NCBI RefSeq assembly: GCF_031769215.1
Contig: NW_026781984.1
Location: forward strand, 310,001-374,000
DNA: 64,000 nt
Direction: 5' to 3'
Source of the DNA: Ylistrum balloti
Taxonomy: Eukaryota
Under the pieces are notes generated by a model. The model worked only from the letters and a program-made list of their open reading frames with translations. It did no database searches and was not told where the DNA came from. A program made the position numbers and the translations under genes. Below, in pieces: positions 28,791-42,420 of the stretch. Every line of letters starts with the position of its first letter. Position 1 is the first letter of the stretch.

Positions 28791-31088
28791 AAAGAAATCT
28801 CTTTTATACTTCAGATGAGTCAAGTTTACCTTTAATATTTTTCTAGCAAATACATATTATTATTGAGTCTCAAGTTAAATTAGATTTTATTCTTCTTATT
28901 CAATATGTGTATGTAAATGATTATTGATTTTTGATATATCATAATGATAATTATTTTTTAGTTATTGTAATGTTTTTTTATTATCAGAAAAGTCAAATTA
29001 AAATTTTACTTTTAATTTGATAATTCTAGTTCATTTTTCATAATTTCTAACATTTCTATCTCACTCTTTTCGGAAATTCTAATCCTGTCCGGAATTGGTT
29101 TTAATTTTATATGTGCTTGTTGTACTTCCGGATGAATTGCCGCGACTGTTTAGAAAAATACAAACCTGTTATTTTTACAAGAAGTTGACTAAAGAAATAC
29201 TCGTGACGAATTATAAGGGAGTATATGATTCGAAATAATGTTTTAATTACTGTTAATCGTTGCTATACAATTGTTCCTCCGAGAACGAGCCACGTGTAAA
29301 TTTTGCATTATAATAATAATAATAAAGTTTTATTTATTGTCGGTATTTAAAACAGTACAAACATTAGCTCTTTTGAGCTATTTCATCCGACACAATTGTG
29401 AAGGGTTACGTACTAAACAATCCTAAATATATGTTTGATATCACCTAAGCGTTATGCATTTATGTATGTACATTTATAAGCATTTTAGGTATAATCAAAA
29501 CTGTAATTTAAATTGTAAATTGTATTATGTGTCGGTCACTCTGAATGCAGCACTCCAGAATAAAGACTATTGGAAACTTTAAAGAAATCTCTTTTATACT
29601 ACAGTCTCGTCAGAATTCCCGTACAAACGTCATCACAGTCCCATAGACTACAAATCACAGCATAAAGTGAGCTCCCTCAGTGAGAACTGACTAAAATAAT
29701 CGTTATTTCATCTTGATCTTATATATAAGTATATTTCTAAATCAGGGGGTTCTCAGGATTTTACCTTTCATCTGTGAACAGTCCCGTATAACAATGACAA
29801 GCCTAAATTCTAAAATTCCCACTAAAGACTGGCAAAGCAAGTATAAATAAAATGGGCGACAGGTAATTGTTGGTCTAGAGGTTTATATACTACATAAAAA
29901 CTCGATATCTATAAACTGGCACCTGTATCTTTTTTACAATCGTTCGTTTATCGGCCTCGTGCTCTCTACTTTAAGCTTGATATAGCAAACTATATGCAAA
30001 TGGCGGGGGGGGGGGTTGGTTCTTGTTCTAGAGGTGAGCCTCTTTGTTTGGTTGGTTACGGAATACATTTAAGTACCATATATGGCTAGTGTCTTTTTAT
30101 TACCGAAGATAGTCAATGACAGCTTTGTTGCTTTTTTTATATTATTCAAATTTTATCGAGAAAGTATTTCAAAGGTTTTAGACACAAAATGAACAATTAA
30201 GGGAACATATTCGGGAGATGCAGCTCATAGCATAGATATGATTAAAATGATTGGCAATTTTGTGGAATTCAAAATGTTATGTTTTTTTTTTTATTTTCTG
30301 CTCTTAATTATAGTGTTGATTAAAATCTTAAGGTTAGTAATCGAAACTATCACAGTCATGTTAGAGTATTATTTAATATTAGGGACTTATTTCTTCAGGC
30401 TAAGGTAAAAAATTTAGTGACCTATGATTGAACATTTATTAAGGATGATGAAGGACAATGTTAACAGATTCGGCACAATTACTTACACGAGAAATAACAT
30501 TCTGACCACAACGTGAACCATAATACATCATATCTAAAATGATATCAAAATTTTTATATTAGTAAAATCTCTTATTTTGTATTGAGCAAAATATGAATAT
30601 TCGCTATATCCAAAACCTTATCGTCATTATGTCCAGAGTCTATAGACAGATTACATGTTTACATGGCAGAAATACATGTTGCCATAGGTGAATATGTCAA
30701 GTAACCAGTTATAAAATATATCAATATTATATCATTAGATCTTGGATAATGCCTAGCGACGGGCAGAGTCACGGAAACGATTGTAGTACTTTCTTTGATG
30801 TCAGACGAAACCAGCAATGTTGGTTCAAGTAGATTTTATTAGCGATCGTATAGATTTCGGGTACACCGGCCAGGGCTATGCCAAGGACAAATCTACACCA
30901 GATTATATGTTAGTGGGGAAGATAAGAGCTTGACCAGTTAGATTATTACATGATGATAAAAGTTCATCTCATGTTTACTGATAGATAAGATGGAACAGAC
31001 ATGTGATTTAATATCTTTCTTCCAGGTTAATCATATTAATATGGTCTTATTTCTATATATGACGATAAAACCTAGATAGTAATAGATA

Positions 31089-31328
31089 NNNNNNNNNNNN
31101 NNNNNNNNNNNNNNNNNNNNNNNNNNNNNNNNNNNNNNNNNNNNNNNNNNNNNNNNNNNNNNNNNNNNNNNNNNNNNNNNNNNNNNNNNNNNNNNNNNNN
31201 NNNNNNNNNNNNNNNNNNNNNNNNNNNNNNNNNNNNNNNNNNNNNNNNNNNNNNNNNNNNNNNNNNNNNNNNNNNNNNNNNNNNNNNNNNNNNNNNNNNN
31301 NNNNNNNNNNNNNNNNNNNNNNNNNNNN
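31089..31328. other. Assembly gap (240 N)
   Basis: Run of N. Confidence 0.99.
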
Positions 31329-31446
31329 TATATTTGACATGTCAGACATGTTGGGTCTGGCTACCTTTGCTCATTCAGCTTTTTATGCATCACTCATCCT
31401 TGTTGGAAATGGTATAAAAATCTTTTCTATATCTTTATTCTGGGTC

Positions 31447-31605
31447 GGTCTCCAGATACGCACCCTCTGATAGGTCTCCAGATACGTATCCTCTGATAGG
31501 TCTCCAGATACGCACCCTCTGATAGGTCTCCAGATACGTATCCTCTGATAGGTCTCCAGATACGCACCCTCTGATAGGTCTCCAGATACGTATCTTCTGA
31601 TACGT
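31447..31605. repeat. 26-bp tandem repeat with alternating A/B units, 6 copies
   Basis: GGTCTCCAGATACGCACCCTCTGATA alternates with GGTCTCCAGATACGTATCCTCTGATA. Confidence 0.93.
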
Positions 31606-32107
31606 ATCTCAACAGTACACCAATAAACAGATAACACACTTGTGCACTTTCCTTTCATCATACTTCAACAAATGACTAACATTAATTTTTATACAACGAT
31701 AATAAAGTTGATAAGTTATTGTCGTATCACAGTTACTAAACCTATGGCTGGATATGGTGTCATTTTTGCACATTACAAAAATGTTTTTGTATTTACCGAC
31801 ATATTTTCATTTCCTAGAAGCAGAAAAAATAACCACATTCAAGTTTAGATAATAGATATTTGAGAGTAGACTACGTCTTTGCATATTATAACGAGGATAT
31901 ATTAAAAAATACAGATAGACATTCTCATAAGGATTTCCGGAAGTATTTTTTAAGAGATTTACTCTAGCTTTGTCGTAAGGTAACATACATTATATTTGTT
32001 TCCTTTCTAGAGGTGCTTTTTTGTTGTTTAACTGGTTGTGAATTAAAAAGTAGAACGAGAAGAATATCTCGTTTCAATGTCTAGTTTGTAGAAGGTAATA
32101 CAGAACA

Positions 32108-32215
32108 GGTCGGATGGCGCAGTGGTAACGCACTCGCCTTTCACCCAGCCTTCCGGGGTTTGATTTCCGGAATGGACGCGAAAAGGTATGGCGTCACCTG
32201 TCCGACCACATATGT
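32108..32215 (+). mobile_element. 3'-truncated copy of the tRNA-derived SINE
   Basis: GGTCGGATGGCGCAGTGGTAACGCACTCGCC...GGGGTTTGATTTCCGG...GAAAAGGT...CGACCAC, then breaks off before the central domain. Confidence 0.8.
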
Positions 32216-33639
32216 TTTATATCTTTAAGTAACATTGATAAAAAATAAAAATTGTGTACAAGAGAGCGACGAAATCATTGGCTAGTAAGAGACTGTTAAT
32301 AAAATAGGGGATAGTTCTCATTTTCATCTTGTAATTTCTTCACTGTTAAATATATGCGGCCATGTAATGAAAAGGAAATGTGAGCTGGATTTTAAATGAG
32401 ATAATTGTTGTGTGCCCAGTAAGCAAATCGTAGTGTGCTGATTCACCAACGACGTGTCTAGGTTCACTGTCGTAATGGGCGGCTTACCACCAAGAATGTA
32501 TGTATACACGTTAGGTGCGATGACTTGCCGAGCACACCAAATCACAGTGTTTATTTAGGTCAAGATCAAGGGTCATATATTATCAGTACACAAACCCTCT
32601 CGTGATGGAAATTTCCGTTCCCACAGAAGGCGGGGTTTACGGTTCACGTCTCGTGTGCAAAGTGGTGAAAAAAGATTGTCGTCTAGTGATAATTCAACGG
32701 GAACCACAAGCGGTGGTTTGGTGATGTTTAAAAAAGGGGAGGTGCTTAGTTGATAAGTGCCACGTGCAAAAATTATGACCAATTAGAATATTTCACGTGG
32801 TTCGTGTGCCTATTTGTATACCAGCATGACTATCAGTATATCGCCACAAGGCACAGAACCAGCAGTACAGTATTACACGCATGTTGCTTACACGGGAAAG
32901 GGCTCCGAAATACAGCTCGGGATTACACAAATATCAGTTATCCAGGCTAGGAACCAAGGTATGGTAAAAATATATGTATTAAGGAATTCTTTACTCGTAA
33001 TGTAGACAGGTATTTTCCTTCGATAAATTGCAAATGTACATGGCTCGAAACACACCAAAAGTTATCCAATGTTGTTTTGTCGCCGATGTATTTTGTTACA
33101 ACTTCATTCCTACAGGGTGAAGTTATTTGTACAAGCGTGCAAATTATATGGACGATTTTTCATTAGCATCGGTAAAGGTTTGGACGATAGCGTGATGATC
33201 AATAAGAATGGTAACTTTATTAATCGGTGCGGTTAACTTGAATTTTGAAACAGTTATTGGTGATACCTATATACATTTGTAAATATTCAATGATATTTGT
33301 ACATCAGCGAAATTTTGCTCTGAAGAAGTTAATTAATATGTAGTAAACATGGTGCCGACTTATCGTTATGATATGCGTCAGCTATTGTTCTAGTACTTTA
33401 TCGTTATACTTGGGTTGAATTGAGATAATTTATCACAATGTCGTGATGCTGTGAGTTGTATTATTGTACTATGTGTAAATAGATTGTAGTGCGATGTCGT
33501 TATAATGGATGAGAATTTTCGTCAACATTATTGTTAAAATCAGAGGGAAATGTAATATTTTAACAATCGGCTCGAAAATTTATTGTTTTAACAGAGTGAT
33601 CGTTAAAATGAGCCTTAATTGAAACGATTTGTAAGCGAT

Positions 33640-34750
33640 ATCTACAGAATGTGCATGAACTATTACTATTTGTTAGCGATATATTTAGAATCAGCATGAA
33701 CTGGTACGATTTTTAGCGATATATACAGAATCAGCACGAACTGTTACGATTTTTAGCGATATATACAGAATCAGCATGAACTGTTACGATTTTTAGCGAT
33801 ATATACAGAATCAGCACGAACTGTTACGATTTTTAGCGATATATACAGAATCAGCATGAACTGTTACGATTTTTAGCGATATATACAGAATCTGCATGGA
33901 CTGGTACGATTTTTAGCGATATATACAGCACGAACTGTTACAGAATCAGAAGCATGAACTGGTACGATTTTTAGCGATATATACAGAATCAGCACGAACT
34001 GTTACGATTTTTAGCGATATATACAGAATCTGCATGAACTGGTACGATTTTTAGCGATATATACAGAATCAGCATGAACTGTTACGATTTTTAGCGATAT
34101 ATACAGAATCTGCATGGACTGGTACGATTTTTAGCGATATATACAGAATCTGCATGAACTGGTACGATTTTTAGCGATATATACAGAATCAGCACGAACT
34201 GTTACGATTTTTAGCGATATATACAGAACTGACTTACGATTTTTAGCGATATATATATACGATTTTTAGCGATATATACAGAATCAGCATGAACTGTTAC
34301 GATTTTTACCGATATATACAGAATCAGCATGAACTGTTACGATTTTTAGCGATATATATACAGAATCGATTTTTAGCGATATATGAACTGCGATATATAC
34401 GATTTTTAGCGATATATACAGCATGAACTGGTACGATTTTTAGCGATATATACAGAATCAGCACGAACTGTTACGATTTTTAGCGATATATACAGAATCA
34501 GCATGAACTGTTACGATTTTTACCGATATATACAGAATCAGCATGAACTGTTACGATTTTTACCGATATATACAGAATCAGCATGAACTGGTACGATTTT
34601 TAGCGATATATACAGAATCAGCATGAACTGTTACGATTTTTAGCGATATATACAGAATCTGCATGAATTGTTACAATTTTTAGCGATATATACAGAATCT
34701 GCATGAATATTTGCGATTTGTGAGCGATATATACAGAATCGGCATGAACT
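33640..34750. repeat. 40-bp tandem minisatellite with decayed flanking copies
   Basis: Unit TACAGAATCAGCATGAACTGTTACGATTTTTAGCGATATA; degenerate copies continue to about 35080 and probably back to about 33130. Confidence 0.95.
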
Positions 34751-36451
34751 GTTTTGTGTGAGCGAAATCTGTATAATCGGCGTGATGTTTTACCGTGATC
34801 GGGATGTATGGTGAAGATTTGTCGGCGAAATCTTCAGAATCGGAATGAATGGTGACGATTGGTCAGTGATGTTTTCCTAATCGACACGAACTGTTACAAT
34901 TTTACAGCGATGTTTTCAAAACCGGCATATTATTTTCCCCAGTGATACCTTTTATGAATCGTTACCTTAAATGGTATCTTCCTAATCAGCATGGTTCTGT
35001 TCGTCACCGAGATGTTCATTATCGGCATTAATTGTCACGATTTTCAGCAATTAATCGAGAATCGACATGGATTTTATAGTTTGACCATAAAAAGCTGATA
35101 TACATAATCATCCGATATTACATCACGTATATAAAATTATCATGATGAGATCGCTCTCTCAGTTAAACAGCGCCATCTGTTGACGATCATCCTAATGACG
35201 ATGAAACCCTTTGATACCAAGTGCAGGTCTTTGATTTTCTTTTCCACTTTTTTATACGAGACATGTTTGGACTAGTTAGAATATTCGTTCCTGACCTCTA
35301 GCCTCAAGTAGTGACGTTGTCTGATACGACCCGTCGGATAATTCTAAAACGACCCGGGCGGTACATATTGCGTTTGTGTGCTAGACTATTAAATCATGTT
35401 CTACGCAGGTAGTCCCGGCAGGTGTTCTGGGAAGAAAATATATACACAGTCGTGATAGGCTATGTTTACGGGTAAAGTGACAAATATATTGCCGCTTGGT
35501 CAGTCAAACAATGTATGGAAAGGGGAGGAGCTACACCGTCATAACAATGGATTGGGTTCGTGTGCAAAATATGATTGATATTTAAAAATCTCGGCGAGGT
35601 ACTTTTACATTTATTTAACCATTAGCAGTCCGAGGCGTTGAGCGGTGAAGGGTATAGCATCGACGTGGTTTTGTGTGACATTACAAACATCCAGCCATTT
35701 CGATATGGAAAATGTATTAACTTGCCTGTATATAAGGTAATTTGAACTCCGTGTTATGCAGACGTTTTACATACGACCGAATACATTTGAACGTTAGTAA
35801 TATGCACATTTTCCAACGTTCCAATGACAGTGAATTTAACCTAGTGATACGATAAGAAATGTGTTTCAGTAATACATCACCCAGTATACTAGATGTTTGT
35901 TACAACTACTTTTTGTTGATTTTGGGATTTATTTTGTGAAATGTTGTGATTTTATCGGTTTTTTTAAATGCATGTCTACTTAAATTGTATAGAAGACATT
36001 TTGGCGTTTTGTTTGCTTTTTTGCGATAATACCGTAACCGTCTTTTTCACCGTGTAGAGATCCTTATTTATTGTGACTCCCCCCCCCCTCCAGCACCCCA
36101 CCTCTTCCCATCCCACCCCAACCTCCACCCCACCAGTAACTACTATTTGAAGTATTTAGTAGGTTATATACTATCATGACCAACCGATATATATATATCA
36201 TATTTATAATTGACCAGATTCTTCGCATTGGTCAATTCTGTTTAATTCAATCCAGATATCTATTCAATCAATAATTCTATTCAGTTTTATTCAGTGCCTC
36301 GGCTCAAAAGTTAATCACTCTAACCGAGCGTGACAATCACGTGGACGAGTGAATCGGAGGAAAAACGAAAAAAAATCCCCTTCCTAGAACATGTGTTTTT
36401 AACGTTATAGTAGTCCTTTTTGTTGAGAACCTGGTTTTGCTTTTTTTTCAG

Positions 36452-36518
36452 ATTGGCCTGATCTCTGACGAATCCCTCCGATGATATATCCCAGGAACAA
36501 GGTCTAAACTGAACACAG
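36452..36518 (+). other. Candidate non-coding 5' UTR exon of zinc-finger gene 1
   Basis: Strong acceptor TTTTTTTTCAG and donor CAG|GTAACT. If spliced to the acceptor at 38030-38031 it has an in-frame TAA, so it would be UTR. Confidence 0.4.
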
Positions 36519-36989
36519 GTAACTAACTACTACAACAACAAACCGGCCACAAATGGGTCGATTAGATGCGCTGGAAAATTTTGAAATAAAACTGTTATAT
36601 AATTTATTTCATGATTTTATAAGATCATTGTTAGATCGTTGTCATGTGTCGCGATATGTCTTATCGTTTGTCATCTAGTACACCGAAATACTGAAAAATC
36701 TTTTTTTTTTGTTGGGTTCAATTTTCGTGGTTTAAAAATTAAGAAATAATATTTTTCATGGCATTTGATTTAATGGGGTGAATATAGCTCAATTCAACTA
36801 TTTATACTAATTTTTACAGTTCTTGGGCGTATGAATTCGTTGAGTACCCGCGAAATAAAGGAATAAAAAATCTGGTGAAAATAAATGATTTCACTTCTCA
36901 TGCTGGTCAACAGAAGTTGAAGTATCTCGATACTACAGGAGTGAAAAGATCTTTCCTATAACAATTGAAGTTTAACTATAAATGTTTTA

Positions 36990-37845
36990 CGAGAACACTA
37001 GACGTGAAAGTCAGTAATAAAGAATGTCGTCTTAAAACTTCAGAAAAACGGGAAATAAATACCACATGAGATTGTCAACGAGAAAAGCTACGACAAGAGA
37101 ACGCTCAATACGATTGGTGATAGAAAACAAACTAGTTAGGAATACGTGAAAACACTAGCTAGGAACGTAAAGAGAGACTGGAAACTAGGAATGATGAAAG
37201 AGGACAGAAACTAGTACTATTAACAATACACTTATTAGAAATGTAAGAACGCCAACTAGGAATGTTTAAAGATAACATTTAATTGAAGTGTTAAGAGAGA
37301 ACAATAACTAGGAATATAAAGAGAGAATGCTAACTAGGAATGTTTAGAGGAAACATTAGTTAGAACTGTTGAAAAAATCACTCTAGGATTGTTAAGAGAG
37401 AGAGAGCAGAAGGAATTTTGAGAGAACACTAGAAATGTTACGAGAGAACGCTAACTAGGAAAGTTAAGAGAGGACACTAAATAGGAAAGTTAAGAGAGAA
37501 CACAGGGAATGTTTAGTGAGAACATGAATTACATTTGTAGGAAAGTCAGAAGAGAGAGAGAGGAATGGCCAAGTATACCACTTGAGAACGATAACTCTTG
37601 AATCAAGAAAATGGTAGTTATTAACGTTACGCAAGAACAAAAACCAGAATTATACGAGCGAAAGCCAAGTAGTATTATTATGGAACATAAACTAGAAATA
37701 CCGAGAGAGAATGCTTAGAGGACACTCTCTATGAATGTAAAGAGAGAACGCTTAATAGGAATGCTATAAGAGAACACTAACTTGGAAGGTGAAACAAAAT
37801 TCTAAGAATGTTAGATGAAAACACTAACTAGGAATATTACGACAA
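36990..37845. repeat. Old degenerate purine-rich tandem array, about 26-bp unit
   Basis: Recurrent GAGAGAACRCTAACTAGGAAWGTTAA-like units; clean period 26 at 37442/37468. Confidence 0.7.
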
Positions 37846-38053
37846 AGTAACAAAAGTGTTGCAAAACAATCGCAAAGTATGAGGCCAAAATGTCGATTAC
37901 TTAAACCATGTTTAGAAAATTTCATGTTTATTGCGGCATCAGCGCTGTCCTCCAGTTGTTGTGGTCGGCAGGTACTACGTATCTATTCAAGCCTTCCACT
38001 GTACTCTACTTTCCATCCTTGCTGTTTGTAGGAGATTCGCCGAACCTACCAGA

Positions 38054-39901
38054 ATGCCAGTCGTATTTGGTGCAGAGGTTGGGGATACCGAGGAAGTGGA
38101 CTGGGAGTGGGACGAACAGCTGATTGATAATAACGGAAAGACCGTGTTTGATCTTGGTTACCAATATATTCCTCCCGATCAGCTCTTCCCGAGTTCAAGG
38201 GGCGGACCATATCTTCTGAGTTGCAACAATTGTGCTGCAGTGATGAGTGTAGAGCAACTTATTCAGGTGAAAATGGAATTTTATCCTCAATTGAATGTGA
38301 ATGATACTTTTAACAATATGGAGAACACATATCGTTCAGAAATAGTGCCAATTTGTTACACGTGTATAAACAATGCCTATAACACATATATCCCACCTGT
38401 GCGGCCAGAAAACACAGAAGTGTACGTTGTTACCGATAATGTGCGGCAAGCAAGTGACAAGCGGACGGACTTTTCTGTAAAAGGGGGAGAAGAAACCATG
38501 GAAAAGATACAAGATACCGATTCTTTGAAAAAGAACCTCGCTGTTGAAATTGTTGACTCGGGTGAAAATATGGATGATAGCGATATTTTCATGGAGAAAG
38601 AAAAGGATGAAAAGATGGAAGACGACTCGGGTGTTGATTGTTTTGTAGAATACACGGCGATGTTCTCGTGCAAAATATGCGATTCTGAGTTCGAAACAGT
38701 CGAAGAATTCGGAAAACATACTCGAACTCATGAACGAATTAATGCAGCAGAGAAGTGCCCAATCTGCTCCATCCACTTGTCTAAAGAAAGGTTATATGAA
38801 CATATAGCGGTGCACGGAGAAACCATATTACGATATCTCGAAGAAATGAAGAGAGGCGAGAAAAAGGAAACTATAAATAAGTTGAAATTGAATAAGTGTT
38901 CGATATGCCAATGGGCCTGTCTCGGCCGTTCAAAAATGAAAAAGCATAAACGAAAGCAGCATTACAAGTGTATGTTTTGTGGTTACTATTTTAAAAATAA
39001 AAAACAGTGCAAGAAACACGTAAGAAAGGAAGGATGTGGCAGATACAAGCAAGAGGACAGTAAAACACCACAAGTATCCTTTCAAGAAAAGTTCTCATGT
39101 GCAACATGTCAGGAAGTTCTGTTTTCGCAAGAAGAACTAGTACGCCATGCAAAAATGCATATTACGTACAAAAAATGTAAGATATGTAATATAAAAGTTC
39201 GGAGTGGGGAACCTTTTTTGAGTCATGCACGCCAACACGCGCTTGCATCGAAAGAAAATACAGCCGATTCTTCACCCGTGACTTCCGCGCTGCGAGTCTT
39301 AGACGAAAATATCGGTCCGGCCTCCTTGGACGAAAGAGACGATAGTTGCTCATCAGCTGCCATTGAACATTCTTTACAAGAGGTTTACACTTCGGCTACG
39401 ATAACAACATGGCGCCAACTGTCATTGCAGATGCAACAGATGAACAAAGAGACTTCTGTTGACAGATCTGATTGTACCAACAACGAAGCTAGCAATGCCT
39501 CGGACAGAAATGTCAGTGACAGAAACATTGTTGCAAAGGTTACAAATACTGCCAACGTCGATAACATCCCAGTCAAACGACGCGCTTCGATCAACAACGA
39601 TTCCTCGATTAGCACCAACAAACTACAGATCAACGAAAGCAATAACGCTGTGGACGAGTTGCAATGTCAAACCGAAAAAGTCTGCCACAAAAGCAAGAAA
39701 TGCTCACCTGAAAAAGAGAACGAGAAGCAGTTGTCTGAAACACAAAAGGAATTCATATTGGAAAAGAAATTCTCATTAAAAAATAATTCAAAAAGAATTT
39801 ATTTTAAGAGGTCTCCGGATATATTAACAATGCGTGCTAACAAACAATGGGACCATACGGAAATAAACGTTCCAGAAAGAGTGCAGTCATGTACTCCTTA
39901 A
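38054..39901 (+). CDS. C2H2 zinc-finger protein (about 615 aa, single coding exon) with upstream CxxC-x40-CxxC module; zinc-finger gene 1
   Basis: 656-codon open frame; first in-frame ATG at 38054, just after acceptor ccatccttgctgtttgtAG (38031). About six fingers, e.g. CKICDSEFETVEEFGKHTRTH, CPICSIHLSKERLYEHIAVH, CATCQEVLFSQEELVRHAKMH, CKICNIKVRSGEPFLSHARQH; S/N/K-rich tail. Confidence 0.85.
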   Translation: MPVVFGAEVGDTEEVDWEWDEQLIDNNGKTVFDLGYQYIPPDQLFPSSRGGPYLLSCNNCAAVMSVEQLIQVKMEFYPQLNVNDTFNNMENTYRSEIVPICYTCINNAYNTYIPPVRPENTEVYVVTDNVRQASDKRTDFSVKGGEETMEKIQDTDSLKKNLAVEIVDSGENMDDSDIFMEKEKDEKMEDDSGVDCFVEYTAMFSCKICDSEFETVEEFGKHTRTHERINAAEKCPICSIHLSKERLYEHIAVHGETILRYLEEMKRGEKKETINKLKLNKCSICQWACLGRSKMKKHKRKQHYKCMFCGYYFKNKKQCKKHVRKEGCGRYKQEDSKTPQVSFQEKFSCATCQEVLFSQEELVRHAKMHITYKKCKICNIKVRSGEPFLSHARQHALASKENTADSSPVTSALRVLDENIGPASLDERDDSCSSAAIEHSLQEVYTSATITTWRQLSLQMQQMNKETSVDRSDCTNNEASNASDRNVSDRNIVAKVTNTANVDNIPVKRRASINNDSSISTNKLQINESNNAVDELQCQTEKVCHKSKKCSPEKENEKQLSETQKEFILEKKFSLKNNSKRIYFKRSPDILTMRANKQWDHTEINVPERVQSCTP

Positions 39902-42420
39902 CTAGTTTGCCCAGGACGAACTGGATATATAACAATTCTTCCCAATACCATGAATCTATTAGCATATAAGCTCCAATATATAGGAGAGCATCCTTTGTTG
40001 GTGGAGCTCCCTTATCGCTTGAATGGATAAACTGAATCCTACCTACCGTGATATCATGCAAAAGCTACATGAAGAGGATCGCATGAAAGTATACACAGGG
40101 GGCTTCAACAAAGACGAAACGAAATGACGAAAAATCAAAAGTATGACGTCACTGAATATTGTTTTTAAAGAAGAGAATGTTACCGTATACAACGGAAATT
40201 GGAATGCAGGAAAGAAGGACTTCTCATTTTAAAGGAAATATGAACGTGCAAACGTGAGAGTTTACTCTTCAAAGAAGATGTGAAAGTGACATGTTGTTCA
40301 GAGTCGGAGCGAGGTCTGACTGTATCACAAGATAAGCCGCACCGAGAGGACTGATATTGAACTTAACGTACTAGATATCAAGTCATAATTGTTTTGAAGA
40401 TATAAACTGTAACGGCATAGAGGTCTAGCGTGAAGTGATTAATATCTTGTCACATAGATATAGACCATCTACCCGATATTGACATATATTTTATCGTTTA
40501 ACGATCTCAAAAGCTAACTTCACTAAGGGAGCAAACATGATGAACCAATACCGTTAATGTACGGACCAGTAAACCTCAAGTAGCTCTGGCATATAATGGT
40601 GCCCGGATTTTTATTTTTACGCGTCATCCTCTAACTTGATAATATGGCGTCTATTGTTGTACATTTTCTGGCGGAAATGGACTTGACCATTTGCCTTAAT
40701 AAGCATTTCATGACTTATTAGAGCAGCAAATTGCATGTTTTCGTACTTGATGCTGGAAGTCTGATGGATACACCACAAAGGAATCAATACCATTAGATTA
40801 GGGCAAAGTGGTAGCCCCTGTCTGTATATAGCAGTAGTGGATATTTTTGTTTCTAATGGTGATTTTGATACCTTATTTGTTTGTATCATTTACATTAATT
40901 TCTAGGATTTTTGTTACCAAAAACTGTATACACATTTAGTGCGTATTATCATTGATTTTTAAATAGTGCTTTAGTGACGAAGATAGCTTGTTACAGCATG
41001 TAATAAATAACAGATAAAAAAGTGTATTTTAGTTGTTTATATCAAGATGTACAATTGTCAACTAGAAAGGATGAAATGTATAAAAGTTTCAACACAGAAT
41101 GAAATAGACCAAGGCAATAACGCACAGGCAATAACGCACAAGGATGAAATGTACGAAAACGTGAACACCAGGGACGAACAACTTCAACACACAGTATGAG
41201 CACAAAAAGGACATGAGCAAAACTGTCAGCAGTCAGGCATGACGTATCACCTCAAAAACATGAGAAACATTAACATTGATTTACATTGAAGTATTCTGAA
41301 ATCAACTTCTGTAGCACCGTGTTTGGCATCAGACGTAGGCAAAGTTGTCTATTTAAGCCTTTTTGATTCGTCGGAACACAAGGTTTAGCGTAGGTGATCT
41401 GTAGGGAGAGCAACGAGCCTGCTGACGTGTTAGTACCGGACTGTTCACTTCCATCACGACTGGCTCCCAGGTGAACATTATCGACGTCTAGATATTTGTG
41501 TTTCCAGCTGCCACGTTACAAACCACAGCCTGACTTTTGCCATATCATCTCCGGGGCAACCATCAGCTTAATGATAACTATCACTCTGACCACTGGTCAG
41601 TGTAAGTCCAGAAGAAATGTGACCACAGTATAACCCTTGTTAAACGACATCACCTGGAACTAGCCCCATTTAAACATAAATTGCTGATTGTACTACACAG
41701 TATAGAAATCAACGCGTTACCAATACACAAGAGGATAGCGAAATTAAAATATCTATTTCTACAGTTACATCCGTCCAAATGGACAATAATAGATATTGCT
41801 ATGTTACTTATCGATACATTGTATCATAGTTTGATGCTTCATTCGACCAAATCATCTGAATTAAAACCCAAAGTAATTAAAACAAGGGCAAAATGTGAAC
41901 AAAGGAAAGATGTATATACGCACACTGAGATCATTGAAAATACGAGGAGACTAAAACCGAGCGTTTCGGAAGGGTGGGGAGAGTGGTTGAACATTTTCTA
42001 CTTAATAAAAGATAAAACAGCTATAAACATTCCTATATCCTTCCCAAATTGCATTCCGCTAAACCCTAGAAATGGTCGATCTTTTGGGGTGTTTAGTCCG
42101 CCCCAAACCGGTCCGACCAGCTCCAGATCACAACTGACATCTGTGTGGGAGGCAGTGCCCTTCCCACATCAGCTGCTCAGCCACATCCGACGTCGTTTAA
42201 GAGCCTTTCAGAGTGCAAATCCAATCTCCCGTGACTGAGGGGCCTCTTCTACTATTTTATTTATCGATATATGTACTTGAATGGCCACTATTAAAAAGTT
42301 TAAGGAGGCAGATGTTAGGGAGGATGTATGCAGATCGTATTGAACAAATTTACGGGTGACGCACAGCTAATCTCCACATAGAAGAGTGTAGTGATAGGAC
42401 AAGAAAGACCAACAATCGAA

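Noticed and set aside
31053-31349. ORF spanning the N run
   Set aside because: Artefact of the assembly gap.
37931-38053. TTG start extending zinc-finger gene 1 by 41 aa
   Set aside because: Non-ATG start in a eukaryote, and the segment contains a good splice acceptor, so it is probably intron.
38336-39642. Antisense and alternate-frame ORFs over the zinc-finger genes (also 62274-63601) and over gag/pol
   Set aside because: Shadow ORFs of real coding sequence.
39902-39950. dUTPase-like reading of CPGRTGYITI after the gene 1 stop
   Set aside because: Only a few residues match and none of the other dUTPase motifs are present.
41681-42238. 185-aa ORF
   Set aside because: TTG start, no recognisable motif, and composition shifts midway; an exon within it cannot be excluded.
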